Virus record (IMG/VR): IMGVR_UViG_3300020205_001316
Reading direction: 5' to 3' (one strand)
DNA length: 64,000 nucleotides
Source of the DNA: an uncultured virus (IMG/VR IMGVR_UViG_3300020205_001316)
Lineage: Duplodnaviria; Heunggongvirae; Uroviricota; Caudoviricetes
Within the stretch, counting starts at the first letter, position 1. Each line of letters opens with the position of its first letter. The notes under the pieces are model-generated. The model was not told the origin of the DNA and ran no database searches. It was given only the letters and a program-made list of their open reading frames with translations. Positions 28,790 to 38,519 of this stretch are shown piece after piece. The position numbers and the translations under genes were made by a program.

Positions 28790-29325
28790 TATCTATCTCT
28801 TTTTTGTAATATTGGTTTTGTTGTTGGCCATTCCATTTGATATTCCGGGTCGTTCCATTTAACTACACCTTGCTCATCTGCATCCACATAACCATCTTTG
28901 TAGAATAAGTTATAGTGAAACATACAATCAGTTAATGCGTAGTGTCCGTTTGCAAAACCTGGTGGAACTAATACTTGATTTCTATCTTTCTCAGTTATCA
29001 TAAAAGATTCCCACTCTCCAAAGGTAGGACTATTTTTTCGCATATCCAAAACAATTAGGTAAATATCTCCAACTGCTGCTTGTACTAATTTCCAAGTCTT
29101 ATTATCGTAGTGTAATCCTCTTAATACACCTTTGTATGATTTTGAGAATCTACCATGTATTTCGTTTCCTTCACCTATGTTTGTCATAACAGGATGTTCG
29201 CCTGAATGAAATGTTGTAAATATCTCACCTCTATATTCTCTATAAATTGAGGGTGTATATGTTGGTACTTCGTAACCAAATTTTTTCGATGGAGTAATTT
29301 TAAACTCATCCCATTTATTGCTCAT
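28789..29325 (-). CDS. rmlC: dTDP-4-dehydrorhamnose 3,5-epimerase family protein
   Basis: RG.I, S.KGVLRGLHY, DMRKNSPTFG.W, VPPGFANG and WNDP. Confidence 0.85.
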   Translation of the reverse strand: MSNKWDEFKITPSKKFGYEVPTYTPSIYREYRGEIFTTFHSGEHPVMTNIGEGNEIHGRFSKSYKGVLRGLHYDNKTWKLVQAAVGDIYLIVLDMRKNSPTFGEWESFMITEKDRNQVLVPPGFANGHYALTDCMFHYNLFYKDGYVDADEQGVVKWNDPEYQMEWPTTKPILQKRDR

Positions 29326-30841
29326 TGTTCAAATGTTTTATTATATCGTTTTCTAATTCATCCGTTACCACATAATTTTTAATATATGGATTATTTTCAT
29401 CACCTCTAACTTTTTTGATTTCAGTTACTTTTGATAATCTATTTTCTCTAAGTGAATCATACCAATCTTCTAATTCAGGAAATGTTTCTACAAAATTCTT
29501 ACCACGTCTAACATCGTATTGTTGATAAAATGCTTTAAAATCTCGTTGTCTACTTCTTAAATCTGATGAAAATCTATGTCCCTGTGTTACTTCTCTAAGG
29601 TATTCACATAATCTATATATTTGATTTACTAATCCCCATAAATCAGTGTCATTGTAATATGAAGGTTTACTATTAACAAATGTTTCAACCCAATTTTGAA
29701 GGTGTTCTGCTCTTTCTAAACGTACTTCTTCGGGTAAGGTACTAACTGATTGAAATGATGGAAAACGTAAAATATTTAGGGTCATTAATACTGATGTTTT
29801 ATCAATATATTTTTCTCTTAACTTATTCATCTCATCTAAAAAATCAGTAATACTAAAAATACATAATGCGTTAATTGTCATCATTATATTAAACGTTCTA
29901 AGATTACCATCTCTAATCATTCTTTCTGCATTCTCTCGCCATACTTCCCATTTCAAACCATCTCTAATATATTCTGCATGCTTACCAAAACTTTCATTTG
30001 ATGTATAAATGTCAATTGATTTAAAACTATGTGTTGCTTTAATTAATCTATCTACTAATTCTTTTTTTTGTCCTAAGTTTGAATTAACTGCAAAGTGAAC
30101 TTCACAATTTGGATTTTTTTCCCACCAATCCATTAACTTCCAAAAATCTTTACTCATTGTAGGCTCACCACCCGTCACTCTTAATTCTCTTAATGAATGT
30201 TGTAACTCACCTTCCCACCATTTCCAAAATGCTTCAACGTATGGATTATCTTTGTTATCTTTACCATATATCATCGCATCATCTCCGGCGTGGTGAAATG
30301 CTCCTGCACCATCGGTTACTAAATTTTGGTATGCACCATTTGTTTTAATATCCGTTTGCCAAGTTGTACTAAATGATGCATTACAATATGAACAGGCAAA
30401 GTTACAATTAGCATCAAAACTAATTTCTAATGTTTTTAAATCAACATCTTTGGTATATCCTAATTCACTCTTTGCTTCTATCAATTCTTCATCTGTATAG
30501 ATTACTGATTTGTAAACTCTATCACTTACTTTATCCGGACCTAAATCTTCAATCTTCCAACAATACTCACATTCATTTGGTCTAATACCTTCCATCATTT
30601 CTTTACGAACCATTTTTTTATAATTCGTATTGTGTAATGCTTTATATGATTTACTCAATTCCTCTAATGGTATTTTATGCGCCGGTGGGTGGTGACACGA
30701 AGTAGTTTGTCCCATATTTAACCATATTGTAGCATTATACCACTTTGCTCCACAAAAAGAATTAGAAAGTGAGTTTATTGCTCTATCTCTATATTCTTGA
30801 AATGTTTCATCACCTTTTTTTGCATATACAAATTCTGCCAT
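29315..30841 (-). CDS. Radical SAM protein with N-terminal twitch/SPASM-like domain
   Basis: FCGAKW, SCHH, CEYCW, CNFACSYC and GGEP. Confidence 0.85.
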   Translation of the reverse strand: MAEFVYAKKGDETFQEYRDRAINSLSNSFCGAKWYNATIWLNMGQTTSCHHPPAHKIPLEELSKSYKALHNTNYKKMVRKEMMEGIRPNECEYCWKIEDLGPDKVSDRVYKSVIYTDEELIEAKSELGYTKDVDLKTLEISFDANCNFACSYCNASFSTTWQTDIKTNGAYQNLVTDGAGAFHHAGDDAMIYGKDNKDNPYVEAFWKWWEGELQHSLRELRVTGGEPTMSKDFWKLMDWWEKNPNCEVHFAVNSNLGQKKELVDRLIKATHSFKSIDIYTSNESFGKHAEYIRDGLKWEVWRENAERMIRDGNLRTFNIMMTINALCIFSITDFLDEMNKLREKYIDKTSVLMTLNILRFPSFQSVSTLPEEVRLERAEHLQNWVETFVNSKPSYYNDTDLWGLVNQIYRLCEYLREVTQGHRFSSDLRSRQRDFKAFYQQYDVRRGKNFVETFPELEDWYDSLRENRLSKVTEIKKVRGDENNPYIKNYVVTDELENDIIKHLNNEQ

Positions 30842-30842
30842 A

Positions 30843-31811
30843 TTAAAATGTTTGTGAGTAACCTAATGGGAAACCATTTCTAAATTCAAATGAAAGTCTA
30901 GGAATTAGGACCTGATAGGTTTTCATCAATTCTATAATGCCATCATCTAAACTATATTTTGGATTCCAACCGGTTTTTTCTATTTTTGCGTTTGATACAA
31001 TATAATCTCTTTTATCCGGGTCTTCATAAAAATCTGAATAACTAATTGCGAAATCTGGAATATATTGTTGTATTTTTTCTAATAATTCTTGTTTACTTAA
31101 ATTTGCATTGCTTAAACCAACATTGTAAACATTATGTTTCATTGTTTCATAGTTATTTAATGCCCATAAAAATACATTTGCTACATCTTCAATATGAATA
31201 AAGTTTCTCTTAAAATGTTTTTCAAATACCGTAATGTATTTATCTGTCATTGCTTTATACACAAACTCATTAACTAATAAATCAGTTCTCATTCTAGTTG
31301 ATGTTCCAAAAACTGTTGCTAATCTAAAACATATTGCCTGTGAACACTCTAATAATAATTTTTCAGCTGCACATTTACTTTCACCATAAACTGAAATTGG
31401 GTTTAGTGGAGATTCTTCCGTACATTCACTTTGTCCTTCACCAATACCATATCCACTATTTGTATTAGGATATAATATAATATGCTCATCACCGATGGAA
31501 TCTAATATAGTTTCTATTTGAGTAAAATTAACTTCCCAAGCTAACTTAGGGTCTGCTTTACACGCTGGAAATCCTACAATTGCTGCTAATGGAATAATAA
31601 CATCATGTATACCAACTTGATGTTTTAAAAAATCCACATTCCTTACATCACCATAAATAAAATTATAATTTGGATTTGATGTAAATTGTAATGGTGATAA
31701 TTGTTTAAATGATAAATTATCAATAGCAGTAACACTATGTCCTGCTTCTAACATTTTTTTTGTGATTACCGAACCTAAGTAACCTGCTCCACCTGTAATT
31801 AGTATTTTCAT
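30843..31811 (-). CDS. NAD-dependent NDP-sugar epimerase/dehydratase (extended SDR)
   Basis: TGGAGYLGS, catalytic YGESK and FRLATVFG. Confidence 0.85.
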   Translation of the reverse strand: MKILITGGAGYLGSVITKKMLEAGHSVTAIDNLSFKQLSPLQFTSNPNYNFIYGDVRNVDFLKHQVGIHDVIIPLAAIVGFPACKADPKLAWEVNFTQIETILDSIGDEHIILYPNTNSGYGIGEGQSECTEESPLNPISVYGESKCAAEKLLLECSQAICFRLATVFGTSTRMRTDLLVNEFVYKAMTDKYITVFEKHFKRNFIHIEDVANVFLWALNNYETMKHNVYNVGLSNANLSKQELLEKIQQYIPDFAISYSDFYEDPDKRDYIVSNAKIEKTGWNPKYSLDDGIIELMKTYQVLIPRLSFEFRNGFPLGYSQTF

Positions 31812-32497
31812 TATATTAATGTTTTTGGTATATTTGTAATATCTGCTGTTTCTAATGAATTTCCAGCAATTCTTTTATTTAATTTAATTTGTATTTGTTT
31901 GTTCATAAATTCTTCAATATATGCAAAATTTCCATTTCCACTTTTATCCCAAACTTTAAATCTATTTACATTTGTAAAATCCAAATCCGTAATAATACCA
32001 TAATTATTTGAAACTATAAATTCAGATATTGTTCCATTAAAATAATTTTTGTTTTGTACAAATGGATTAGATGTTCCTATCCACAATGGTACATTTGAAT
32101 AATCACTTACTTTATTATTATTCTTTAATTTTTTAACATCTGAATTTAATGTTGTTATAAATTTATTGTTTTCAACATTTACTTCATAAATAAGTTTATA
32201 TTCTTTATCATATTCAAATTCATGTATCATAAATGCTTCATTATTTGAAAAATCTATATCATTAGAACTTGTTGATAATGTGCAATACAATTTATCACCA
32301 TTTATATAAACACCACTATTAACTATACCCTGCTTAGAAAAAATCCATTGTGCTTTTCCATTATCTTCTGCTACAAATTTACATTCTATTTTAAATGAAT
32401 GTTGAAATAAATCTGCTAATAAATTTGGTTTCAATGAGGTGTTATGTTTACTTTCTTTAAATAAACTACAACAAAAAGTATCTTTAAATTGTTCCAT
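31811..32497 (-). CDS. LamG/concanavalin-like beta-sandwich protein
   Basis: LWIG...YFNGTISEF and DKSGNGN motifs matching the LamG inserts of the neighbouring GT7 proteins. Confidence 0.5.
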   Translation of the reverse strand: MEQFKDTFCCSLFKESKHNTSLKPNLLADLFQHSFKIECKFVAEDNGKAQWIFSKQGIVNSGVYINGDKLYCTLSTSSNDIDFSNNEAFMIHEFEYDKEYKLIYEVNVENNKFITTLNSDVKKLKNNNKVSDYSNVPLWIGTSNPFVQNKNYFNGTISEFIVSNNYGIITDLDFTNVNRFKVWDKSGNGNFAYIEEFMNKQIQIKLNKRIAGNSLETADITNIPKTLI

Positions 32498-33888
32498 TAT
32501 TTCATTTCTTTACATTTGTTATAAAAATCAGCTAACTCAGGAAATGTTTTTTCAAAGTTAGTTCCTCTACGTTTATCATGCTCACTAAAGAATTTATAAA
32601 AATCTTTTCTATGTGCCATTCTATCTTCATCATCTATTGATATAAAGTAATCATAAATTCTTCTAATTTTAACAATTTCAACATCACTATATCCATAACA
32701 ATTTACATCTTCTCTTAACATTTCATAAAACTCAACTAATTGTGCTTGTTTAAATATTTCTTCTGACCATTCTTTATCTAATATTTTAATAGATTGGTGA
32801 TTAGGATATCTTAAATATGAACTATCTAATAACAATGGTTGTCTATAATATCTTAATGCGTTTGTATGTTTTGCTTTTAATGAATACACATCCTCAATTA
32901 ATTTACGATATGATGGTACTGATAATGCGTTATATGTACTCATTATATCCACCGTTAATCTTGGAATATACTGGCATAAATCATCTATTCTATCCATTAA
33001 TTGATTATATACTAAACCATTTCTAACATATTCAGCCTGTGCACCATACCCATCACAGCTTGTATAAATAATTAATTCTTTAACTAATTCTCTATCGGAA
33101 ATGATTTTAAATTTTTCTCTAAACTTTTTGTATAAACTATCGGGTACTCCTAAGTTTGAATTAATACTTAAACATAAATTTTTATTGGGGTTTGGTGAAT
33201 CAATGATGTAATCTAATACTTTCATAGTATCTTTATGCATCATAGGTTCTCCACCGGTGATTCTAAAGGTGTAAAGGTCTTTATACAACTCCGGCCACCA
33301 CTTCCAAAATGCTTCTACATACGGATTATGTTGATTTTGCGGAATTGGTATTCTACCACTACTTGTAAAATGTTTTAAATCGTTAAAAGAATCCGATGTT
33401 GGATAACCACCATGTTGTTCAATTTCTTCCATCCATTTTGTTGAGAATGGTGGTGCACAATATGAACACGCAAAGTTACAGGCATTACTAAATGAAACCT
33501 CTACATAAGATGGATTAATGTTTTCTCTCCAATGTGATTCTTTTATTTTTTCTAAATGTGGATATGCCCATGGTTCCGATGATTTAAATGTTCTATCACT
33601 AAATTGATTTGAACTATCCTCTACACCCCAACAATAATCACACTCTGCTGGTTTTTTACCTTCTAACATTTCCTTTCTCTTTTCTTTTTTGAATCGAGTA
33701 TTATGTAGTGCCGAAGGGTCTCTTTCAATTTCCGTTATTGATGTTTGGTGTGTCATCGGATGGTGACAACTATGGTTATGCCCAATATGTAAATGCATTG
33801 TTACTTGCATCCATTTAGCTAAACAAAATCCCACACCTACTGCATTTAATTGTTCTCTTACACTTTCAAACTTTTCGTAACTTGCCAT
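32497..33888 (-). CDS. Radical SAM protein with N-terminal twitch/SPASM-like domain (paralog of 29315-30841)
   Basis: FCLAKW, SCHHP, CDYCW, CNFACSYC, GGEP and D.RRG.NF..TFPEL. Confidence 0.85.
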   Translation of the reverse strand: MASYEKFESVREQLNAVGVGFCLAKWMQVTMHLHIGHNHSCHHPMTHQTSITEIERDPSALHNTRFKKEKRKEMLEGKKPAECDYCWGVEDSSNQFSDRTFKSSEPWAYPHLEKIKESHWRENINPSYVEVSFSNACNFACSYCAPPFSTKWMEEIEQHGGYPTSDSFNDLKHFTSSGRIPIPQNQHNPYVEAFWKWWPELYKDLYTFRITGGEPMMHKDTMKVLDYIIDSPNPNKNLCLSINSNLGVPDSLYKKFREKFKIISDRELVKELIIYTSCDGYGAQAEYVRNGLVYNQLMDRIDDLCQYIPRLTVDIMSTYNALSVPSYRKLIEDVYSLKAKHTNALRYYRQPLLLDSSYLRYPNHQSIKILDKEWSEEIFKQAQLVEFYEMLREDVNCYGYSDVEIVKIRRIYDYFISIDDEDRMAHRKDFYKFFSEHDKRRGTNFEKTFPELADFYNKCKEMK

Positions 33889-35333
33889 TATGCTTTACAA
33901 TTTATTATTACGGAATTATTACCAATATCATCTACTGATATTAGTTCATACTCCAAACTATTCATACCATCATTCTTCCAATTATATTTACCCTGCTGCA
34001 TTTCTAAAATATATCTTCTCTCATTTCTTGCAGTAGTTTCTCCCTTTGCCCATTTATCTACCCCTCCTATTGTTATTAGACCTTCGGTTTGGTGTGGTAA
34101 ACATTCAAACTTTCCATCTCTACGAAAAGGTAAGATAGTATTGTGAACTTTTAAAATATCTTCTTCTTTTATTTCTACATTATATATTTCACCATGATTT
34201 TGATTATCTGTCAAATCGGTTAGTATATTACCTTCTACATTATTAAAATCATAATGTGCTACCATCTCATCCGGAAACTCTAATATTTCACTTTCTTCTA
34301 AACATCTATCCCATATCATAAGTTTTGCAATATCACCTTTAAACCATCTATTAACTTCATTTATACCAACCGATGTAGTTGTTCCAATATAGTAAGGGTC
34401 TACTCCATATCTTTTTAAAAACCCTTCATATTTTAATGGTGATGATAATCCTGTTCCAAATCTTGCATCACTTTTTTTTCCATTTATATAAAGTGAAATT
34501 TCTTTACTATCATCATCAACTGTCAATGTAACCCAAGTCCATTGTTCTTCATATCGTTTAGCCCATAGATACAAAAACTCTCTTTGATTATTCCACATCA
34601 TTGTAGTAAATGCTCTACTATTGTTATAACTCAATCCCCAATCATGTCCTGGTCTTCTGAAAATTGGATATTCACAAAATCTTCTATCTTCATCACCAAT
34701 TAAATAAATAGGAACTTTCTCTTCTTGTTGGTGTGCCTTTACTAATATTGAAATGGTATGAGAACGAGAACAAACATTTCTAATTGAACGAGATGGTTCT
34801 ATTTTTACATATGAATCTTTACCATTAAAATAACCATACTTTTGATTTTTAAATTTCTCTGATAAATAATGTTGTTCTGCATTACCAGTTAATACACATC
34901 TCCAAAATAGGTCATCATCTTCCATTCCCCAATCCCAATAATCATTTGAGTAACCATTTGTCGCTTCAACTTGTTCTTTTGTAAATAACACAGCACCACC
35001 GAAATACTCCTCATATTTAAGGTTATAATCTGTTTGAGATATTCTTACTGCTAAATGCTTTGGGTTCTCAGGATTGAACGTATAATCACAAGAATCATCT
35101 TCTGGTACCATATCGATATCATGCCATACAATATAATCACACCCATCATCAAATGCGTGTTTTGCTGCAATATTTTTCATCTTACCTCTGTTGAATAACT
35201 TATCATCACATTGATGCGCAAAATATATTTTATGTTCAATCCCCTGTTCTTCTAAAAATTTATGAACTCTTGGTGAAAACTCTTTTAAGTGAGCTTCTCT
35301 ATTTCTATATGGTACACACACACCTAACTTCAT
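33888..35333 (-). CDS. GT7 (beta-1,4-galactosyltransferase-like) glycosyltransferase with inserted LamG domain
   Basis: VPYRNR, FNRGK, HDIDM, YFGG, NGYSN and WDWGMEDDD; LamG region; GT7 C-terminal segment GMNSLEY. Confidence 0.85.
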   Translation of the reverse strand: MKLGVCVPYRNREAHLKEFSPRVHKFLEEQGIEHKIYFAHQCDDKLFNRGKMKNIAAKHAFDDGCDYIVWHDIDMVPEDDSCDYTFNPENPKHLAVRISQTDYNLKYEEYFGGAVLFTKEQVEATNGYSNDYWDWGMEDDDLFWRCVLTGNAEQHYLSEKFKNQKYGYFNGKDSYVKIEPSRSIRNVCSRSHTISILVKAHQQEEKVPIYLIGDEDRRFCEYPIFRRPGHDWGLSYNNSRAFTTMMWNNQREFLYLWAKRYEEQWTWVTLTVDDDSKEISLYINGKKSDARFGTGLSSPLKYEGFLKRYGVDPYYIGTTTSVGINEVNRWFKGDIAKLMIWDRCLEESEILEFPDEMVAHYDFNNVEGNILTDLTDNQNHGEIYNVEIKEEDILKVHNTILPFRRDGKFECLPHQTEGLITIGGVDKWAKGETTARNERRYILEMQQGKYNWKNDGMNSLEYELISVDDIGNNSVIINCKA

Positions 35334-36745
35334 AGATTAACCGAAATTTTAATTGCATTATTTGTTATATCTTTTCTTTCTACTTCTTTGAAAATGCAGG
35401 TGTTTAATCCATCAATAGATAAATCTACAATATTACCTTTCATTTCATTATAAAATCTTTCTTGATTTGTTCGTGTTTCTGAATGAACCCATTTGTTTCC
35501 TATTGTAGAATTTGAACTATGTTTTAATGTTTTGAATTTTCCTTCTCTTCTAATTGGAACTACAATATCTGTTTCAAATTTATCTATCATTACATTATCT
35601 TCACAATTGTAAATAATACCATTGTTTCTATTACCACTTAAATCTTGTATGATATCTCCTTTAAAATTTTTGAAATCATAATAGCATTTTAAAAATTTAG
35701 ATTTATTATATTTCTTATAATCATTTATAATTGATTTATATAATGATGTTTCATATATTTCGTTTATATTATTTTCATCCAATGCAATATTCCAAATAGC
35801 AAACTCAGCAACTAATCCTTTAAAATAAAATTGTTCACTATCTAATGTTGGGTTACCTACACCAATGTAAAAATAATCATTATCATATTCATATAATTGC
35901 TCACTCAATTCTTTAGTATTAATTAATTCACCATTCATATAAAAACAAAATTGATTGTCTGCTTTTGTAATTACTAAATGTGACCACACCTCACCAATAA
36001 TGTCACTTTGAATTGATGTTGAAATATCATCCTTTGTCCAAATTTCACCTTTGTATCGTTTGAATGATGTGTATGATATACCTGTGTTTCTACCGGGTAT
36101 TGATACTGCATAATACTCATCAAACTCTTCTTTTAATGATGTTTTACTATCTTCTGGTTTTAACTTAATAGATAATGTAAAATCATTATTGAATATTGAT
36201 TGTAAATTTTTATATGGAATTTTTATGTAAGATGTTTTACCATCAAATTTAAAATAATTTATTAAATAGTTTTTATCTGGTATACCAATTGAAATTTTAT
36301 CTAATGGTATATTTCTTTGAATACATCTATATAATAAATCATCATCTTCAAATCCCCATCCCCAATACTCATTAGAATATCCATTAACCAATTTATAATC
36401 ATGTACATTAAATAAAGTAACTCCACCAAAGTAATCAATGAATGGAACTTCTTTATCAACTTTAGATATCAAATGAACAGGTGTTTCTGGATATGAATAA
36501 TCTACACCTTTCAATGGTAACATATCTACATCATGTAATGCAAAGTAATCAAACCCTTCTTTGATTGCAATCTTAGCTCCTACATTTAATAGCTTACCTC
36601 TATTAAAAGGTTTACTATCACTCTGTTCTATGACAAAGATTTTGTAGTCGTAATCTTTCAAATACTCTTGCATATACGGAACAAACACTTCTAAATGAGA
36701 TGCTCTATCCCTATATGGTATTATGATTGCTAATTTATTTTTCAC
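35330..36745 (-). CDS. GT7 glycosyltransferase with inserted LamG domain
   Basis: IPYRDR, FNRGKLLN, HDVDM and WGWGFEDDD. Start placed at GTG 36745 by alignment to the paralogs. Confidence 0.85.
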   Translation of the reverse strand: MKNKLAIIIPYRDRASHLEVFVPYMQEYLKDYDYKIFVIEQSDSKPFNRGKLLNVGAKIAIKEGFDYFALHDVDMLPLKGVDYSYPETPVHLISKVDKEVPFIDYFGGVTLFNVHDYKLVNGYSNEYWGWGFEDDDLLYRCIQRNIPLDKISIGIPDKNYLINYFKFDGKTSYIKIPYKNLQSIFNNDFTLSIKLKPEDSKTSLKEEFDEYYAVSIPGRNTGISYTSFKRYKGEIWTKDDISTSIQSDIIGEVWSHLVITKADNQFCFYMNGELINTKELSEQLYEYDNDYFYIGVGNPTLDSEQFYFKGLVAEFAIWNIALDENNINEIYETSLYKSIINDYKKYNKSKFLKCYYDFKNFKGDIIQDLSGNRNNGIIYNCEDNVMIDKFETDIVVPIRREGKFKTLKHSSNSTIGNKWVHSETRTNQERFYNEMKGNIVDLSIDGLNTCIFKEVERKDITNNAIKISVNL

Positions 36746-36992
36746 TATTAGAATCTCTTTCGTAATCTTTATCAGGACGTGAAGATGAACCACCTACTTG
36801 TCTTGTTTTTAAGATTTGATGAAACTCATACAAATACCATTCTAATTTTTCAGTAAATTTTCCGATATCAGCAGTATGAAAGAAGTCTGCAATATCTTCT
36901 ACTGCATACGTTAATTTTTCAGTTGCTTTTGCTTGTTTTTCTAAAGCGATAACCTGTCTTTCTTCTAATGATAATTCTTTTTTGTCTGCCAT
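36735..36992 (-). CDS. Small hypothetical protein
   Basis: 85-aa ORF with an A-rich upstream region, between GT7 genes. Confidence 0.55.
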   Translation of the reverse strand: MADKKELSLEERQVIALEKQAKATEKLTYAVEDIADFFHTADIGKFTEKLEWYLYEFHQILKTRQVGGSSSRPDKDYERDSNSEK

Positions 36993-37002
36993 ATTTTTTA
37001 TT

Positions 37003-38484
37003 TTAAAGTATTATTTTAATCCAATTTGTATTTTCATCAAATTTTTCATTTTCAATAAATTTATATTTTAGATTGTTTAATCCAATCTTTTTTGTTGAAA
37101 ATTTTTCAGTAAGAATATCATTAAAAAATATAATACCATTTTCAATAGTATCCGGATCAAATCCTTTATATCTTTCTACAATGTTTGTATCATTATCATG
37201 TGGTAATGATTGAAATGTTGCTTCAATTCTTTTTGGTAATTTTATTTTAGTAGTTTTTATAATTTCATCTTTCTTTATATATTCGGAATAATTGCTACCA
37301 TGTGTATTATATAATGTAGAATGATTGTGATTTTTACTACCATCCATTACAAAATTCTTATAAAAATTATTAAACTGATATTTTAATATTGGTTCAAATT
37401 GAGTTTGTAATGTTCTATTACTTACTAATCCATTTAAATATAAGTTCTTAATTTCGTTTTCACTTAATGAATAATCAAAAATATACAAATTAGCTAACTT
37501 ACCTCTAAACATACTTTTACCATGTGAACCACATCCAATATAAATTTTATCTTTGGTGTAATCCCATAATGGTAACTCAAATTCAGTAAGTGTATCGAAC
37601 TTTTTAGTTTCTTCAAACGTATCAATTACTAATTTAAGTTTATTAGAATCATAATCAATATTAGCAACAATGTGATGCCATTGATTTGGTTTTAATTTTC
37701 TATAATTAAAATAGTATTGTGATTCTTTTCCCCAAAAATTAAATCTAAGTGTGTTATCAGGTTGAATTGAAATACCACTATTATATCCAGGAAATGAAAG
37801 TATGTATTGTTCTTCTTTAACAAAATCATCAAAGTTTATCCAAGCTGATATTGTAAATGAATCGGTAGTTATTGGTTTAAGAAATTTATTTGGTAATATT
37901 TCCATTTGTGTTTCACCATCAAATTTTAAATAAGTTACTTTTTCTTTTTTAATAGAATCAGTAATTTTTAATCTATCTAATTCGTATTCACTATCAATTC
38001 TAGGAAAAATATATTCAGAATCTAATTTCAATCCTGCTTTATCCATTCTATATAATAAATCTAAATCATGATAGCCCCAACCATAATATTCGTTTGAGAA
38101 TCCATTAACTTCTTCAAATTGTTCTTTTGGAATTATAAATACACCACCTAAGTATTGTAAGTATGGTAATGTATTTTCATGTACCTGCACTCTTGTTGCT
38201 AAATGAATTGGTGTTTTAGGATATGAATAATCCGCTTTATCCGATGTAGGTAACATATCAATATCATGAAAACAAAAGTAATCATAATCTTCTTTTAGTA
38301 AATCAAATGCTACATTACATACTTTACCATAGTTAAATGGTTTATCATCTGCTTGTTCTACTATAAATAATTTATAATCAATATTTTTGTTACTTAAAAA
38401 CGCAACCATATGTGGCAAGAAAATATCGAGATGCTCTCTCCTATCTCTATACGGAACTACTATTGCTAATGTATGATTACTCAT
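37003..38484 (-). CDS. GT7 glycosyltransferase with inserted LamG domain (variant acceptor motif)
   Basis: VPYRDR, FNYGK, HDIDM and YGWGYHDLD in place of WGWGxEDDD. Confidence 0.8.
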   Translation of the reverse strand: MSNHTLAIVVPYRDRREHLDIFLPHMVAFLSNKNIDYKLFIVEQADDKPFNYGKVCNVAFDLLKEDYDYFCFHDIDMLPTSDKADYSYPKTPIHLATRVQVHENTLPYLQYLGGVFIIPKEQFEEVNGFSNEYYGWGYHDLDLLYRMDKAGLKLDSEYIFPRIDSEYELDRLKITDSIKKEKVTYLKFDGETQMEILPNKFLKPITTDSFTISAWINFDDFVKEEQYILSFPGYNSGISIQPDNTLRFNFWGKESQYYFNYRKLKPNQWHHIVANIDYDSNKLKLVIDTFEETKKFDTLTEFELPLWDYTKDKIYIGCGSHGKSMFRGKLANLYIFDYSLSENEIKNLYLNGLVSNRTLQTQFEPILKYQFNNFYKNFVMDGSKNHNHSTLYNTHGSNYSEYIKKDEIIKTTKIKLPKRIEATFQSLPHDNDTNIVERYKGFDPDTIENGIIFFNDILTEKFSTKKIGLNNLKYKFIENEKFDENTNWIKIIL

Positions 38485-38487
38485 ATC

Positions 38488-38519
38488 TAAATGTAACGAA
38501 TTTTATTTATAAAACCAAA
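38488..38519 (-). promoter_or_regulatory. Bacteroidota housekeeping-sigma-type promoter (near consensus)
   Basis: TTTG (38516-38519), a 20 nt spacer, then TACATTTA (38488-38495); 3 nt from ATG 38484. Confidence 0.6.
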
